Assembly: GCA_951406725.2 (NCBI GenBank) | Contig: OX597819.1 | Location: 119,722,001-119,786,000, forward strand | DNA from: Octopus vulgaris | Lineage: Eukaryota | Direction: 5' to 3' | DNA length: 64,000 nt | Part shown: piece after piece, positions 1 to 13,427 of the stretch | Position numbering within the stretch: position 1 is the first letter of the stretch | Layout of the letters: the number at the start of each line of letters is the position of its first letter | The notes under the pieces: generated by a model | The model's input: only the letters and a program-made list of their open reading frames with translations | The model's database searches: none | Told to the model about the DNA's origin: nothing | Made by a program: the position numbers and the translations under genes

Positions 1-268
1 ATTCATTGATTATGCGTGCAACATATATATTTCTTTATTCTAAAGATAACATTTTATATTGTAGCCAGATCAAACGTGAAAAGAGAAAAAATAGCGTTGT
101 CGATTCTAACATAGTTAATTCGTACTTTTTCCGACGGAGAATACAAAGCATACACTGACGAGATTTGAACGCAGTACATCGAGATACATAGTAAATAAGT
201 GGAGTAAACTGAGAGAATCAGGGAGTGTCTGTGTAGTCGGTAAATCTACGACAAATATAAAATAAATC

Positions 269-667
269 GGATCTTTTCAGTTTGACCGGCAGTTTTTTCT
301 AGCGGTGTCATATGAAATTGTCACCCATAATTATGACCCCTAGTATCGATCTATTGCATTTCAATCTGTTTAGTGTTAGGGGTGGGGGAAGGGTATTTTT
401 TTTTCTTCACAAATTTAAATAAACCCAATATGTTTCTTAAACGAGGGACATATTCATACGGCACAGAATGTTTTCACCTCAATAGACGTCAGTGATTGGT
501 TGAAATTGCAGAAATTGAAGAAAAAAACAACAAATATCTTACAAACTATAGAATTTTCTCAATAAAGCCAAGAGAAAAAGCTGTTTTATAAACACATTCT
601 ACCAGTATACGAAGTTTAGTTACGTGGAAATTATTTTTAAGAACTGCCGGTCAAACCGAAAAGATCT
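269..667 (+). mobile_element. MITE (GGATC-ended family), copy 1
   Basis: TIRs ggatcttttcagtttgaccggcagtt / aactgccggtcaaaccgaaaagatc; flanking 8-bp direct repeat aataaatc (261-268, 668-675); non-coding; similar copies at 1180-1613 and 45914-46334. Confidence 0.85.
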
Positions 668-1179
668 AATAAATCTCCTTTGATTTACATATCATCTTAA
701 ACGAAGAGTGTTTACTATAGATAATATGGTCCCCAAACCATAACTTAGTAACAGCCACGAATGGACACACCTGGACTCTCTTTAATCACGGGTCTTCTTG
801 ACCATGAGTGTTGAACCATGTCTAAATAGCAACAACAATTATATTAAAACTGTGATATTTATTTCTAACATTCGGGATTTTATTTATTTCATGGACCTTT
901 AAAGAATGAAGGTAAAGCCGACATTGATAGGATTTCAAAACAAAACATAGATATCGAAAGGTATTAGTATCGAGTAATCTAACATTAACAGCAACAAATT
1001 CACCTCCACAAGCTTGCTAAATGTTGTCCTAATATTTGATAGAATTATATTAATCAGACGAAGTGTCACAAAGTAACTACATATGTATACGCAATGTCTC
1101 CAAGAAAAAGTCTGATAGCAGATTCTGTTTAATTGATGCTAGTATGTTCTACGATGAATCAGCAGGTTTAGAATTCTAA

Positions 1180-1613
1180 GGATCTTTTCTGTTTGAACGG
1201 CAGTTTTTAACATAATTTCTAGGTAACTAAAAAATTTTAAAAGTCGTATACTGGTAGAATATGTTTATAAAACATCTTTTTTTCTTGGCTTTATTGAGAA
1301 GATTCTATAGTTTGTAAGATATTTGTTGGGTTTTTTTCTTCAATTTCTGCAATTTCAACCAATCAATGATATCTATTGAGGTAAAAAACATTCTGTACCG
1401 AATGAATATGTCTCTTGTTTAAGAAACAGATTGGGTATATTTACATTTGTGAAGAAAAAAAGATACCCTTCCCCAAACCCCTAACCCTAACCCGAACTAA
1501 CCCTAACCCTAAAACAGATTGAAATGCAATAGATCGATACTAGGGTCATAATTATGGGTGACAATTTCATATGACACCGCTAGGAAAAACTGCCGTTCAA
1601 ACCGAAAAGATCC
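1180..1613 (-). mobile_element. MITE (GGATC-ended family), copy 2, inverted relative to copy 1
   Basis: TIRs ggatcttttctgtttgaacggcagttttt / aaaaactgccgttcaaaccgaaaagatcc; 9-bp TSD gaattctaa (1171-1179, 1614-1622); internal (taaccc)n. Confidence 0.85.
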
Positions 1614-2450
1614 GAATTCTAACACCGTCATTCGAGAGATTATGGCTTAGTAATTCTAATACAATCTTTCATTCCCATTCGTACATTGACTATGCAAGAA
1701 ACAACCATGCTGAACACCTACTGCTACAATTTACCTGTGAAGGAAACTACAAGTTAAGTATGAAGGACGCACTAAAACCCATTAGGTTCATTTGGAACTA
1801 GTAATATATTTATATTGATGTTCTCTGTCGGCAGGAAAGACAGCGTGATAACACAGATGAAAGTAGAAATAATCTATTAATCAAAATAAGTGAACAACCG
1901 TAAATTGGAATGCTGCAAGACGGGAGAATCCTGGTGGGTGGCGTGATTTAATAATTGGTCCGACTCTAGATAATTCTGAAAACGACGCAGGTTATATATT
2001 AATATACTGAAGCATATTATACGAATACGATTTAAATGCACATCCATGCTGATAGATGTATTCATAAAAATAAAGACACAAGCGTATTATTCTAATTTGC
2101 TAAGTAGATATACATGGATTTACACTATTTGACAAGTGTCTCGTTTTCAGTGCGAAACCGATTGTATGAAAATGCAATTTTGTTTCGACTTTTATCATGC
2201 ACAGACACATTCATTCAATCAAGCAAACATATATGAACACATGCACGTACACTTACAGGCATATTTTTGCGTGTGCCTGTACGTTCAGAGACACCTGGCG
2301 GTAATATGGACAAAGTAATTGCGATCTCATTGCCGATAAATAATGAATTGTATATTTCCATCGGGTTTAGAAGCTTCGTGAAAATTGCACTGACGCCCTT
2401 AGATTACTGTCATAATAATGTAATAAGACTCGAACGAAAAGTGATTAGAC

Positions 2451-2468
2451 ATATATATATATATAAAT

Positions 2469-2521
<53 letters not shown>
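2451..2521. repeat. (TA)n microsatellite
   Basis: direct inspection. Confidence 0.9.
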
Positions 2522-2525
<4 letters not shown>

Positions 2526-2806
2526 TGTGTGTATGTATTACTATTTTACATAGATATTTCTACATAAATGTGTATGAATATAGAAACATTGTAAGATTGT
2601 GAAAAATATGTAGAAAATACAATTAAATATAAAACATAGCAATTCTAATCAATTGCGCGTGTATATATAAGTGTGTGTCCGTGTGAGTGTGTACATGTGT
2701 ATATATGTATACGTATATGTAAATATACATAATACGTACTTATATGGATATTTAGACACACTCGTATATTGGCATTCATCATATACTGTTTGTTCTGCAA
2801 CCATAG

Positions 2807-3289
<483 letters not shown>

Positions 3290-4000
3290 CCAGCTCAGAA
3301 TTTTGTCAGTGAACAGGTCGCGGTCTGAAAGCGATGAAATTTAACTGCTGAAAAGAATCTAACGGTTTTTGATGCTTTTAAAAGGCTTATAAACACCATC
3401 CACGCTGCAAATATTTCCGTTCCAGCACACGATCTCAGATCAGGTCACTTGCTATGCAAGTACATCTCCGTAATATATATATAATGAATGCGAATATGCA
3501 ACATTTAACGCTGATACATAATGATCAAATTAGCAAACATTTACTTTCGACCTTGATATAAAGACGAATATCAATGACATATGTCGAGTCTCTCAATGGT
3601 CTCAGTCAATAGCTGGAGTCATCCTCGACATCAAAGCAGCAGCAAGACAAAATTCCACTTGTCATGTCGCTCAGCACGCATTGTTCATAGATTCCTTCTC
3701 GCTTGGTGGCACCACCGAATCATTACAGATTATCCCGAATCCTTATCCATTGTGACCCTTGTAAGCACTGTCAGACCAGTAATTTCGGGAACTTACCAGT
3801 AGCAGTTTGCAGCCCCAAACAATTTCAGAATATATAATCTCCACGTCGAGACTAAGAGTTTTCCGAGAAACTCGTCCATTTACCCACGAATCTAGATTTT
3901 ATTTTACCGACCGCATTACAAGACTGGTAGAGAACGATGAACGCCTGAAGGTAATTTCAGTGATAGGTGCAGTCTTGAATCTTAACTTGAGCCAATATTT

Positions 4001-4222
4001 TTTGTTTCTTTATTGCCCACGAGGGGCTAAACATAGAGAGGACAAGCAAAGGGATTGAGTCGATTATATCGACCCTACCGCGTAACTGGTACTTATTTAA
4101 TCGACCCCGAAAGGATGAAAGGCAAAGTCGACCTCGGATAATTCGAACTCCGAACGTAGCGGCAGACGAAATACGGCTACGCATTTCGCCCGACATGCTA
4201 ACGGTTCTACCAGCTCGCCGCC
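4001..4222 (-). mobile_element. tRNA-headed SINE, family A
   Basis: matches the family consensus seen at 13036-13268; TSD ttgagccaatatt on both sides. Confidence 0.85.
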
Positions 4223-4684
4223 TTGAGCCAATATTAACAAAAAAAAGTGTGGGTGGGGCTGCAGCTTAAAACCATATAAGTCTCGCCCATGATATCGTAT
4301 AGGGTCGCGGGTCTCTGGAAGTGAGACTATTTACATCATTCGGGATCTGGTTTGCTCCTCCTCTTCAGGTGGGCAAGTGGTGGGATAAGCTAACGAACCC
4401 GTTTCAATCTGTCAATCAGTAAGTAATGAGTCGAGAAGTTATTCCTGTTGAATTTGAATTAAATTAACAACATTTGTTCCTTTAGAATTTGAAGATACTC
4501 TCCGATTTGCAAGTTACTCCTCGCGTAAGTTGTTTCATCGTAATTCCCCTTCTCACTGAAATACATGACATCAGTCATTGGTAACTAAGCACGCACTTAT
4601 GTTCCAATAAAAACTGATAGACAAATTATTTTCTGATGTGTATTGAAGTTCGTCAAACAGAAGTATTCTCAATAAAAAAGGAGA

Positions 4685-4995
4685 GAACCCTTTTGGTCAT
4701 TAATGGCCAAGAGAATGCACCAAGAAAGTTACCCTCCGAGGCACAAGGTTGTTTATGAAAGACCAACAGTTGTCTAAGCATACCATCCTCACCCTCACCA
4801 CACCTCCATTGTTATCCAAGAGAAATGCAATGGCCGATACAGCTTGGTTCCAATGACGCCGCAACCCTTTTCTACAACAGTGTAAACTGGAGCAGCGTGA
4901 AATAAGGTGTCTTGCTCAAAAACACAGCACACAGTGCTATACAAGAATCTTATGTGAGCCTGACGCTCACTAAACACTCGGCCAAGCACCTTCAC
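4685..4995 (-). mobile_element. Diverged SINE-like repeat with CORE-like segment
   Basis: minus-strand gtgtgctgtgttttgagcaagacaccttatttcacgctgctccagt matches the head/core of the SINE at 16581-16883. Confidence 0.5.
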
Positions 4996-5454
4996 ATAAT
5001 GTCAGTATAAGCCCACGGAATTTTGAGAAACAAAATAACAATGGACCCTTTAATTTTAACAATACGCTGCAAACTAAACTAACATGTGGCTGAAAGTCCT
5101 AAAGTTTTTTTCATTATAGTTCAGAATATTTAACATTATTCATTAGTAACAGGAATAAATTTAAATTAAATTAAATTAAATTGAATATGAATGAGATTTT
5201 AAATAGTAAGCCGTAGACATTTTATCACATTATTTTCAACCACATCACCAGAATCACAAACAGATTCATTTGGACTCATCGCATATTCTAAAATCTTTCC
5301 AACATAAATTATGACATAAACACTTGTGAAAACTCATCGGATTCAAATATAAGTGATGGGGGTTCAAGATTCCACGAATTCTTCTATTATATCCAAATGC
5401 TAAAGCTTAACTCAACTGGCATCATTTCCTCTCTTTCTCCCTCGTTCTCCCTCT

Positions 5455-5659
5455 CTTTACTCTTTTACTTGTTTCAGTCATTTGACTGTGGCCATGCTCT
5501 AGCACCGCCTTTTATTCGAGCAAATCGACCCCAGGACTTATTCTTTGTAAGCCAAGTACTTATTCTATCGGTCTCTTTTGCCGAACCGCTAAGTAACGGG
5601 GACGTAAACACACCAGCATCGGTTGTCAAGCGACGTTGGGGGACAAACACACACACATA

Positions 5660-5710
<51 letters not shown>

Positions 5711-5728
5711 GTATAAATATATATATAT

Positions 5729-5791
<63 letters not shown>

Positions 5792-5957
5792 TACGACAGG
5801 CTTCTTTCAGTTTCCGTCTACCAAATCCACTCACAAGGATTTGGTCGGCCCGAGGCTATAGTAGAAGACACTTGCCCAAGGTGCCACGCAGTGGGACTGA
5901 ACCCGGAACCGTGTGGTTGGTAAGCAAGCTACTTACTGCACAGCCACTCCTGCGCCT
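5455..5957 (-). mobile_element. SINE family B (internal microsatellite)
   Basis: tRNA-like head ggcgcaggagtggctgtg...ggttccgggttcagtccc, accttgggcaagt core, internal (TA)n/(GATA)n, tail cagtcaaatgactgaaacaagtaaaagag. Confidence 0.9.
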
Positions 5958-6299
5958 TCTCATTCTCTCTCATAATCCTATCTCTAGCTATACTGAATCC
6001 CCTCTTCCTTCCACATGCTTAGCAGTAGCTGTCTGATTCACATATTCTTAAACTCTGCCCCTGGCATTATTACGACTCTATATTTATTCAAATTCAGTAA
6101 GAAAAACGCACTTAAACGCAAATACATGACGCGCATCTCTCCACATTTCAATGTACTGCGTCGCCATTGTCCATAATCTCTATCCTTCTGTTTCTTTTAA
6201 ATATAATCCGTATAGTCTTTGAAGAAATGAAATACTGTATTGAAGCAATGGCACCAATATAAAGCATCGCTCACATAATATGAATATTAATATTGTATG

Positions 6300-6503
6300 A
6301 GACTGTGTATATATAAGTGTACTATATATCAGTGTATACATGTATGCGCATTTTTGAGTGCGTGTGCATACGCAGTCTCACTCGTACACTCACTAAAACA
6401 CACACGCACAAACACACATGTATATTATCTCTCCCTCTCCTTGTAAATACATATTCACACATATAAATATACACTTGTGTATATGCATATACATACACAC
6501 ACG

Positions 6504-6535
<32 letters not shown>

Positions 6536-6722
6536 AATATATAGATATATATGTATATATGTATGCATGTATGTATGTATATATATACACATATAGATAT
6601 ATATGTATATGTACATACATACATGCATACATTTATACATACATACATTTATATGTTCCAGCATATATGTGTTTTAATGTATAGCTATTTATATACATAT
6701 ATATATATATATACATGTTTAT

Positions 6723-6772
<50 letters not shown>

Positions 6773-6882
6773 GTTTTATATTAATCTCTGTGTGTGTGTG
6801 TGTGTTTGTTCATAATATTACTTACAGACACACATACACATGCAAGCGCACAAACACACACACACACACATATATATATATT
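6300..6882. repeat. Compound TA/CA/TG microsatellite region
   Basis: direct inspection. Confidence 0.85.
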
Positions 6883-7516
6883 CATTTATTGAAATTTGGA
6901 TAATGATGTCTTTTTTAAAATAGTGTCATGCTTACACAAACAAATTTGTCAGTGTTTCTCTTCGAAATGTGCAATTATTATTACAAAGAAAAAATAATAT
7001 TTTTCTGGAAATTGAAAGCTTTATCAGAACAGCATACATTTACTTTATTTTATTAAATGGAAATTTCTTTTTGTTAAATAACGTAATTTCAGCAACTGAA
7101 ACATACTCCATATTATCATCCATAATACACAATATATACAATTCTTATTGTGGGATACCTTTTTTATATATTTCGCTTTTGTTCTTGATGAGGTTTCTTT
7201 TGTTTTCATACTCCGTTTTGGATGAGATCAGCAGTATAAACATTTAAAGCTTGAAGAATTTCTATAATAACTTTAGCAGCTTAAATCTTATTTATATCGA
7301 GCCAATGAGAGCGCCTGCCAGTGGCTGAGCTGATGGACACGTTAGCTATTGCAGTCATCTTTAATTTAAAATACCTTTGTTGGAATAAATAATAGCACAA
7401 CACATTATACAGTTTGATTTGAATAATGCTTGTGAAAGAACGAATGGTCACAGTTGGAAAGCCATTCATCCGATATCTGATTGGCCAGCTTCACCTGAAT
7501 TTAAAAAGCAACCATA

Positions 7517-7835
7517 GTGAAGGCGCAATGGCCCAGTGGTTAGGGCAGCGGACTCGCGGTCGGAGGATCGCGGTTTCGATTCCCAGACTGGGCGTTGTGT
7601 GTGTTTATTGAGCGAAAACACCTAAAGCTCCACGAGGCTCCGGCGGGGGGGTTTTACTCTTTCGCCCCAACTTTCTCTTACTCTTTCTTCCCGTTTCTTG
7701 TCCCCGACCTCCTACGCAGCCACAGAGACTGGATGCGCATTTATCCATCCGTCGATGCTCTCGGTGTCGGGGGTTGACCTGCTTTCTCTTCTGCAGGTCT
7801 TATGAATAGCAAAGGATCACGTTTCGAACTTCTCC
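7517..7835 (+). mobile_element. SINE family C (tRNA-like head)
   Basis: A box tggcccagtggtt, B box-like ggtttcgattccc; head shared with 31806, 33314 and 47190-47463 copies. Confidence 0.8.
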
Positions 7836-7982
7836 CACTAATGTGATGAAGACTGCATCGCTCAACAGCAACAGTAACCATAACGTCTAAAATAACATAC
7901 CATTAATATCCAGTTTTATATGACATAGTTTGTTTAGACAAAAGGTGTCGCAAACGTTAGGAATATATTATTATATATTCTA

Positions 7983-8420
7983 GGCGCGGTTGTGCGGTAA
8001 GAAGCTTGCTTCCTAACCACATGGATCCAGGTTCAGTCCACAAAGTGTTGCCTTGGGCAAATGCCTTCTACTATGGCATCGCGCCGAGCGAAGAATTACG
8101 AAGTGGATTTGGTAGACTGGAAATGAAAGTAGTCCTTCATATATGTCTGGGCGTTTGTGTGTGCATGCGTGTGTGTGTGTGTGTGTCATTGTATTTATGT
8201 GCGTGTGTCTTTGTGACTGTGTTTGTCTCTCACCACCACTTGACCTCAGGTGCTTTTTTGTTTACGTCCCCCTAACCTAGCAGTTCAGCAAAATGTTCCG
8301 ATATAATAAGTACTAGGCTTTAATTAAATCAAATCCTGTGATCGATTTGTTCGGCTAAAACCCTTCGAGGCGCTGCCCCAGCATGGCCGCATTCAAATAA
8401 CTGAAACCAGGAAGCGGATA
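7983..8420 (+). mobile_element. SINE family B, diverged
   Basis: recognisable head, core, internal (TG)n and cagcatggccgc...ctgaaac tail. Confidence 0.75.
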
Positions 8421-9107
8421 AGATGTAAAATGTAGTATAGGGCACAATATCGATCTTCTGCAACCAGTTTTCGAAGCCTTACTGGATTAATGCTTTTTCT
8501 GAACCAAGAATCTTGACCACGGTCAACACACTCTAAAGAAATATTAAATGTGCTTGAATAATTAAATGATATATTGGTACCTGTATATTAGCATAAATTT
8601 CCTATTGAGAAGATATAATAAAGGTGAAAAATGGGTAATTAGTATAATTGTTATTAATGTTTATTAATATCGAACTGTGCAACGAACTAATCTCTGCAAA
8701 AGTACCAGTAAACTAATCTGGCAGCTAAGAGAATTTGAATTTCCTTCTCATAAGTTAGTGTGATTATAAAAGGAACCGGATTATGAGTATCCAGAAAGTC
8801 GCTGTTGTACTAGAACAAAAGACCTGTTTGCCAATGTTATCTTAATTAAAATTAAAACGGCGTCACAGGTAAATTTACATCGTAGAACTTGGCTTACGTG
8901 CAGATAACACCTAGCTCGTCGCTGTTTCTTAATCTGCGTTACTTTATTTTCCTTTGGGGTTGGATATTGTAAGTGTGTAAATGTGATTAGCGTAAACAAC
9001 CAACCAATATCAAAATCATTAACAAATATAAATTAGTGAAGTTAAATACCAGAAACTAATGGAAATAATTTGAAGTTTCGGTCCCAAAGCGTTTCCTTTC
9101 TGTCTTG

Positions 9108-9523
9108 TTATTTCTTTATTGTCCACAAGGGGTTAAACATAGAGTGGAAAGACAAGGACAGACAAAGGGATTAAGTCAATTACATCGGCCCCAGTGCGTA
9201 ACTGGTACTTAATTTATCGACCCCAAAAGGATGAAAGGCAAAGTCGACCTCGGCAGAATTTGAACTCAGAAAGTAGCGACAGACGAAATACCTATTTCTT
9301 TACTAACCACAAGGGGCTAAACACAGAGGGGACAAACAAGGACAGACAAACGGATTAGGTCGATTACATCGACCCCAGTGCGTAACTGGTACTTGATTTT
9401 TCGAACCCGAAAGGATGAAAAGCAAAGTCGACCTCGGCGGAATTTGAACTCAGAACGTAGCGGCAGACGAAATACGGCTACGCATTTCGCCCGGCGTGCT
9501 AACGTTTCCGCCAGCTCGCCGCC
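9108..9523 (-). mobile_element. SINE family A, head-to-tail dimer
   Basis: two units joined at gacgaaatacctatttct (~9282-9299); flanking tttcctttct direct repeat. Confidence 0.85.
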
Positions 9524-9867
9524 TTTCCTTTCTATCTTCTGACACGTTGGTTTAGTATTTCTGTCTTTTCAATTGGGACTCTGATTATCGCAAAGGTCTA
9601 CCAATCATGCATTGAAAACAACGACTAGAAGATATCTAAATGTATCCGCTACTCTTTTGGAAAGTTTAAAATGCTGGTCAGGTTTTTTTTTCTGCTGTGT
9701 TTTATATACTGCTAGCTGATTACACTAGCATTGATGTTTATTTTCATTACCACAAATGGAGTCCTCTACTGTTTAACAATATTACTAATATATATATAAG
9801 AATTGTTTGCATAATAAGATAAAAAAAACCAAGGCTGTATAGATACTATAGTATTTATAGATAGAAG

Positions 9868-9919
9868 GTCTTACAGCTGTTTCTAGAATATTAATTAATA
9901 ATATTCCTTCATCGGAGAC
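9868..9919 (-). ncRNA. Minimal type-I hammerhead ribozyme motif (CCGAUGA core variant)
   Basis: minus strand reads gucu-CCGAUGA-aggaauauu..aauauucua-GAAA-CAGCUG-UA-agac: stem I gucu/agac, AU-rich stem II, palindromic ACAGCUGU stem III; homolog at 60674-60709 has canonical CUGAUGA. Confidence 0.65.
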
Positions 9920-10101
9920 GGTGTGAGAGGACAGTTAAGTCATAGTTAGTTTAGATGTGATACAAATAGAGAGTGAGGTGGAGGAAAGAAAATAGATGTA
10001 AGGTATGTATGGGTATTGAATTTGTAAATCCATAGCAATAATAAATCTCTGAGCGAAATATAAACAGTAGCAGCACAACATCGTGATGTATATTTGTCAC
10101 A

Positions 10102-10451
10102 TAAATGTGGCTGACCCATATGGGGGACTCCAGTTTATATCCCCAGGAAGACATCTCTTCCAGCTGGCTAATGACACACTGTTCAGTATTTGGAAAGGGA
10201 AATCATCGTTCCCATCTCCAGCCTGACGTGATGCACACGGACCCGGGTTTCTGAGTAGTTACCCGTCATCAGCGCGTGACAATCACCGACTAGGGGTCCA
10301 TGTGTATCACGTCAGGCTGGGGATGGGAACGATGAATTCTCTTTGCAAATACTGATAGGACACAGACAGTGTGTCAATAGACCGCTGGAGGAGAAGTCTT
10401 CTTGGGGCTATAAACTACAGTAGCAGCCTCCCATATGGGTCAGCCACATTT
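10102..10451. mobile_element. Foldback (inverted-repeat) element, probably derived from a Penelope-like element terminus
   Basis: arms ~10102-10245 and ~10294-10451 are imperfect reverse complements (aaatgtggctgacccatatggg / cccatatgggtcagccacattt); hammerhead motif at the centre. Confidence 0.7.
10234..10278 (-). ncRNA. Minimal type-I hammerhead ribozyme
   Basis: minus strand cacgcg-CUGAUGA-cggguaacuacuca-GAAA-CCCGGG-UC-cgugug: intact core, 6-bp stem I, stem II gggua/uacuc, palindromic ACCCGGGU stem III, GUC cleavage triplet. Confidence 0.8.
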
Positions 10452-10472
10452 AGGGGGAAAATATACTTCACA

Positions 10473-10532
<60 letters not shown>

Positions 10533-11594
10533 TTGTCGTATGCGTTTTCATTTCCTTCTTGTTATAAATATTATCACACAATCGTACATTAACTCTATGA
10601 ACACTTGATTAGTAAATGCCTAAACTGCACTGAGACAACTGTGGCTTTTAGCCTCTTGAAACACGAACACTATTCTACGCTCCACAATATATTCTGTTTC
10701 ATAAGATGAGTTTACTATCACAATTATCATGGTGCTGAAACACATTCAGTCTTTAATGCAGCGGTGTAATTTTATTACATATCATCTTTCAGTCGCGATC
10801 TAATTAATCACTTATCGAAAATCATCATTTCCGAAACCTACAAACATTTACGTAGTATTTTACATTAAGCAGTCAAATAACTGCAATTACTTATCGTGTT
10901 CAATTAACTAGTATTTTCTCATCTCACATCCAACTGAAGATTTTGGCTGCACAATTCCTTTCACAGACGTTAAATTTTTTTCGTTATTGCAATACAAAAT
11001 CCAATTATATTCATAGAATATATCAAAAATAATATATATTTGAAAAAGTTTACATTTGATGCATAGTTTCACACTTTGTGTCTAATTTTCTTCAGTTAAT
11101 AATCTCACAATTTTTGATGAAACATCTATATGGACGCCATTTTTTTTATTTCAGATATTTATTAATATGCAAGGGAGGAATCTACAACACGTGGTTATGG
11201 AAAATAATAATTGCAAATATTTTTTCTTGAATCTTTTTATTGCAATACCTCTAATAAAATATTCTTTTGTTCAAATTTTCTATTTGCTTCTGTGACAAAA
11301 ATGTATGTATACGTAAGGTCTCTTAACATCTTCGTATTACCTCACAAGATCTGAAATGTATGTAGACCAGTTTCCTAGTATCTTTTATGAAATATTTCAA
11401 GTAAATTTGTTTTAGAGTGGTGCTCCAGCATGGCCACAGTCAAATGACTGAAACAAGTAAAAGAGAAAAGAAAAATAAATCAACCATTGCACATTACTGA
11501 TCGTTACTCAGGTGTATAAAATAGCATATAGAACTGTCCTACTCGGTCCGAAGTAGTAATATGAAATAGAATAAACACAAATATGTATGTGTGA

Positions 11595-11625
<31 letters not shown>

Positions 11626-11989
11626 GGAGGCAGGCAGGCAGGCAGACAGAGAGCGTGTCAGGGAGAAGGAGGAAGCAAAAGAGCGATAAACAGAGAGAGA
11701 GAGAGAAACTTGAATAAAGGATATATATCGTCAGTAAAGGAATAAACAAAAATCTGTTACATGCCTTAATGCGGCGATTAAGTTTGATATGGTAACTGCG
11801 GGGATAAAAGAAAGAAAAATGCGTCTAATATTGATTTCAAATTGTGGTACAAGACCACCAAATTTGGGGAGAGGTACGTCGATCCGACTGACCCTGTATT
11901 CCAATGCTACTTATTTTATCGACCCCAAAAGAATGATATAGCAGCCGAATCACCGTAACCTTTCACCTTTCAAATTTTTAAGAAGTATA

Positions 11990-12115
11990 GCCACATGGTT
12001 CCGGGTTCATTTCCACTCTGTGGCACCTTGGGCAAGTGTCTTCTACTATAGCCTCGGGCCGAGAAAAGCCTTGTGAGTGGATTTAGTAGACGGAAGCTGA
12101 AAGAAGCCTGTAGTA

Positions 12116-12195
<80 letters not shown>

Positions 12196-12330
12196 CGTAT
12201 CTTAGCAGTTCGGCAAAAGAGACTGATAGAATAAGTACAAGGCTTACAAAGAATTAGTCCCGGGGTCGATTTCTTTGACTAAAGGCGGTGTTCCAGCATG
12301 GCCACAGTCAAATGACTGAAACAAGTAATA
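11990..12330 (+). mobile_element. SINE family B, 5'-truncated, internal (TA)n
   Basis: similarity to other family B copies. Confidence 0.8.
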
Positions 12331-12487
12331 GACTGAAGAATAAAGAGTAATGTAAATATAGATATATAGATGAGATCATGAGTATGCGCATTTGATACTT
12401 CATAAGTAATAGGTAAGTTTGAGGGAAATAGGCAATTATATATTGAGCATCGATTAACTATTTCACTATCATGAATGATATCACTAA

Positions 12488-12660
12488 GGTGGTGAGTTGG
12501 GAGAAACGTTAGCACGCTGGACGAAATGCTTAGCTGTAATTCATCCGTCGCTACGTTTTGGGCTCAAATCCCGCCGGGGTCGACTTTGCCTTCTATCTTC
12601 CTTCGGGGGTCGATAATTTAAGTACCAGTAAAACATTGGGGTCGATGAAATCGAGTAATC
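12488..12660 (+). mobile_element. SINE family A, diverged
   Basis: ggtgagttgggagaaacgttagcacg...gtcgactttgcc...gtcgata..aagtaccag. Confidence 0.7.
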
Positions 12661-13035
12661 TCCTCTCCAACAACTTCAGACAGGATTATTAATGATATTA
12701 CTTCTGAATCATGTTCATGGACATACAAAAAAAAAGGTGTCAACTAGATATCATTTCATTCATCAAAACCATATATTATAATATCTTCTAATCGAATTCA
12801 CGATAAAACTTTCGCTGCCATAAAATATGAGTAATTCTCTGTCATAAAATATGAATAATTCAGAAAATAAATTAATTACGAAACTGTAAACCACAGCATA
12901 TATCGAAATAATTGATTTCGTCTTATATTTACATCTGAAGGGTTCTAGTTGGGTAAATAGTCTCCAGTATTTAATTTTAAACCTGTATTTAGTCATTTGG
13001 TCTCTTTCCTCTCAACTATTCACTTACAATAATTT

Positions 13036-13268
13036 GGCGGCGAGCTGGTAGAAACGTTAACACGCCGGGCGAAATGCGTAGCCGTATTTCGTCTGCCGTG
13101 ACGTTCTGAGTTCAAATTCCGCCGAGGTCGACTTTGCCTTTCATCCTTTCAGGGTCGATAAATTAAGTACCAGTTACGCACTGTGGTCGATGTAATCGAC
13201 TTAATCCGTTTGTCTGTCCTTGTTTGTCCCTTCTGTGTTTAGTCCATTGTGGGTAGTAAAGAAATATA
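13036..13268 (+). mobile_element. SINE family A, full-length monomer
   Basis: head ggcggcgagctgg..., B box gagttcaaattcc, tail aaagaaata; ~19-bp TSD tattcacttacaataattt. Confidence 0.9.
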
Positions 13269-13427
13269 TATTCACTTACAATAATTTGTTTGTCCGGGAT
13301 ATGGAGTAGAAAAAGCTTGCCATAGGTGGCGCGCTGAGGAACTGAATCTTTTATATTTTTATAACGGAAGGCAAGGTTTACGATATCAGAAGAATATCGT
13401 CTTCTTCCATAATATTTTTGTTCTTCG

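Noticed and set aside
3829-3950. Possible host exon bounded by ttcag and gtaatt
   Set aside because: No recognisable protein similarity or partner exons; such sites occur by chance
7517-7590. tRNA genes (also 33317, 31808, 16581)
   Set aside because: tRNA-like A/B boxes continue into SINE bodies, some with TSDs; no complete cloverleaf
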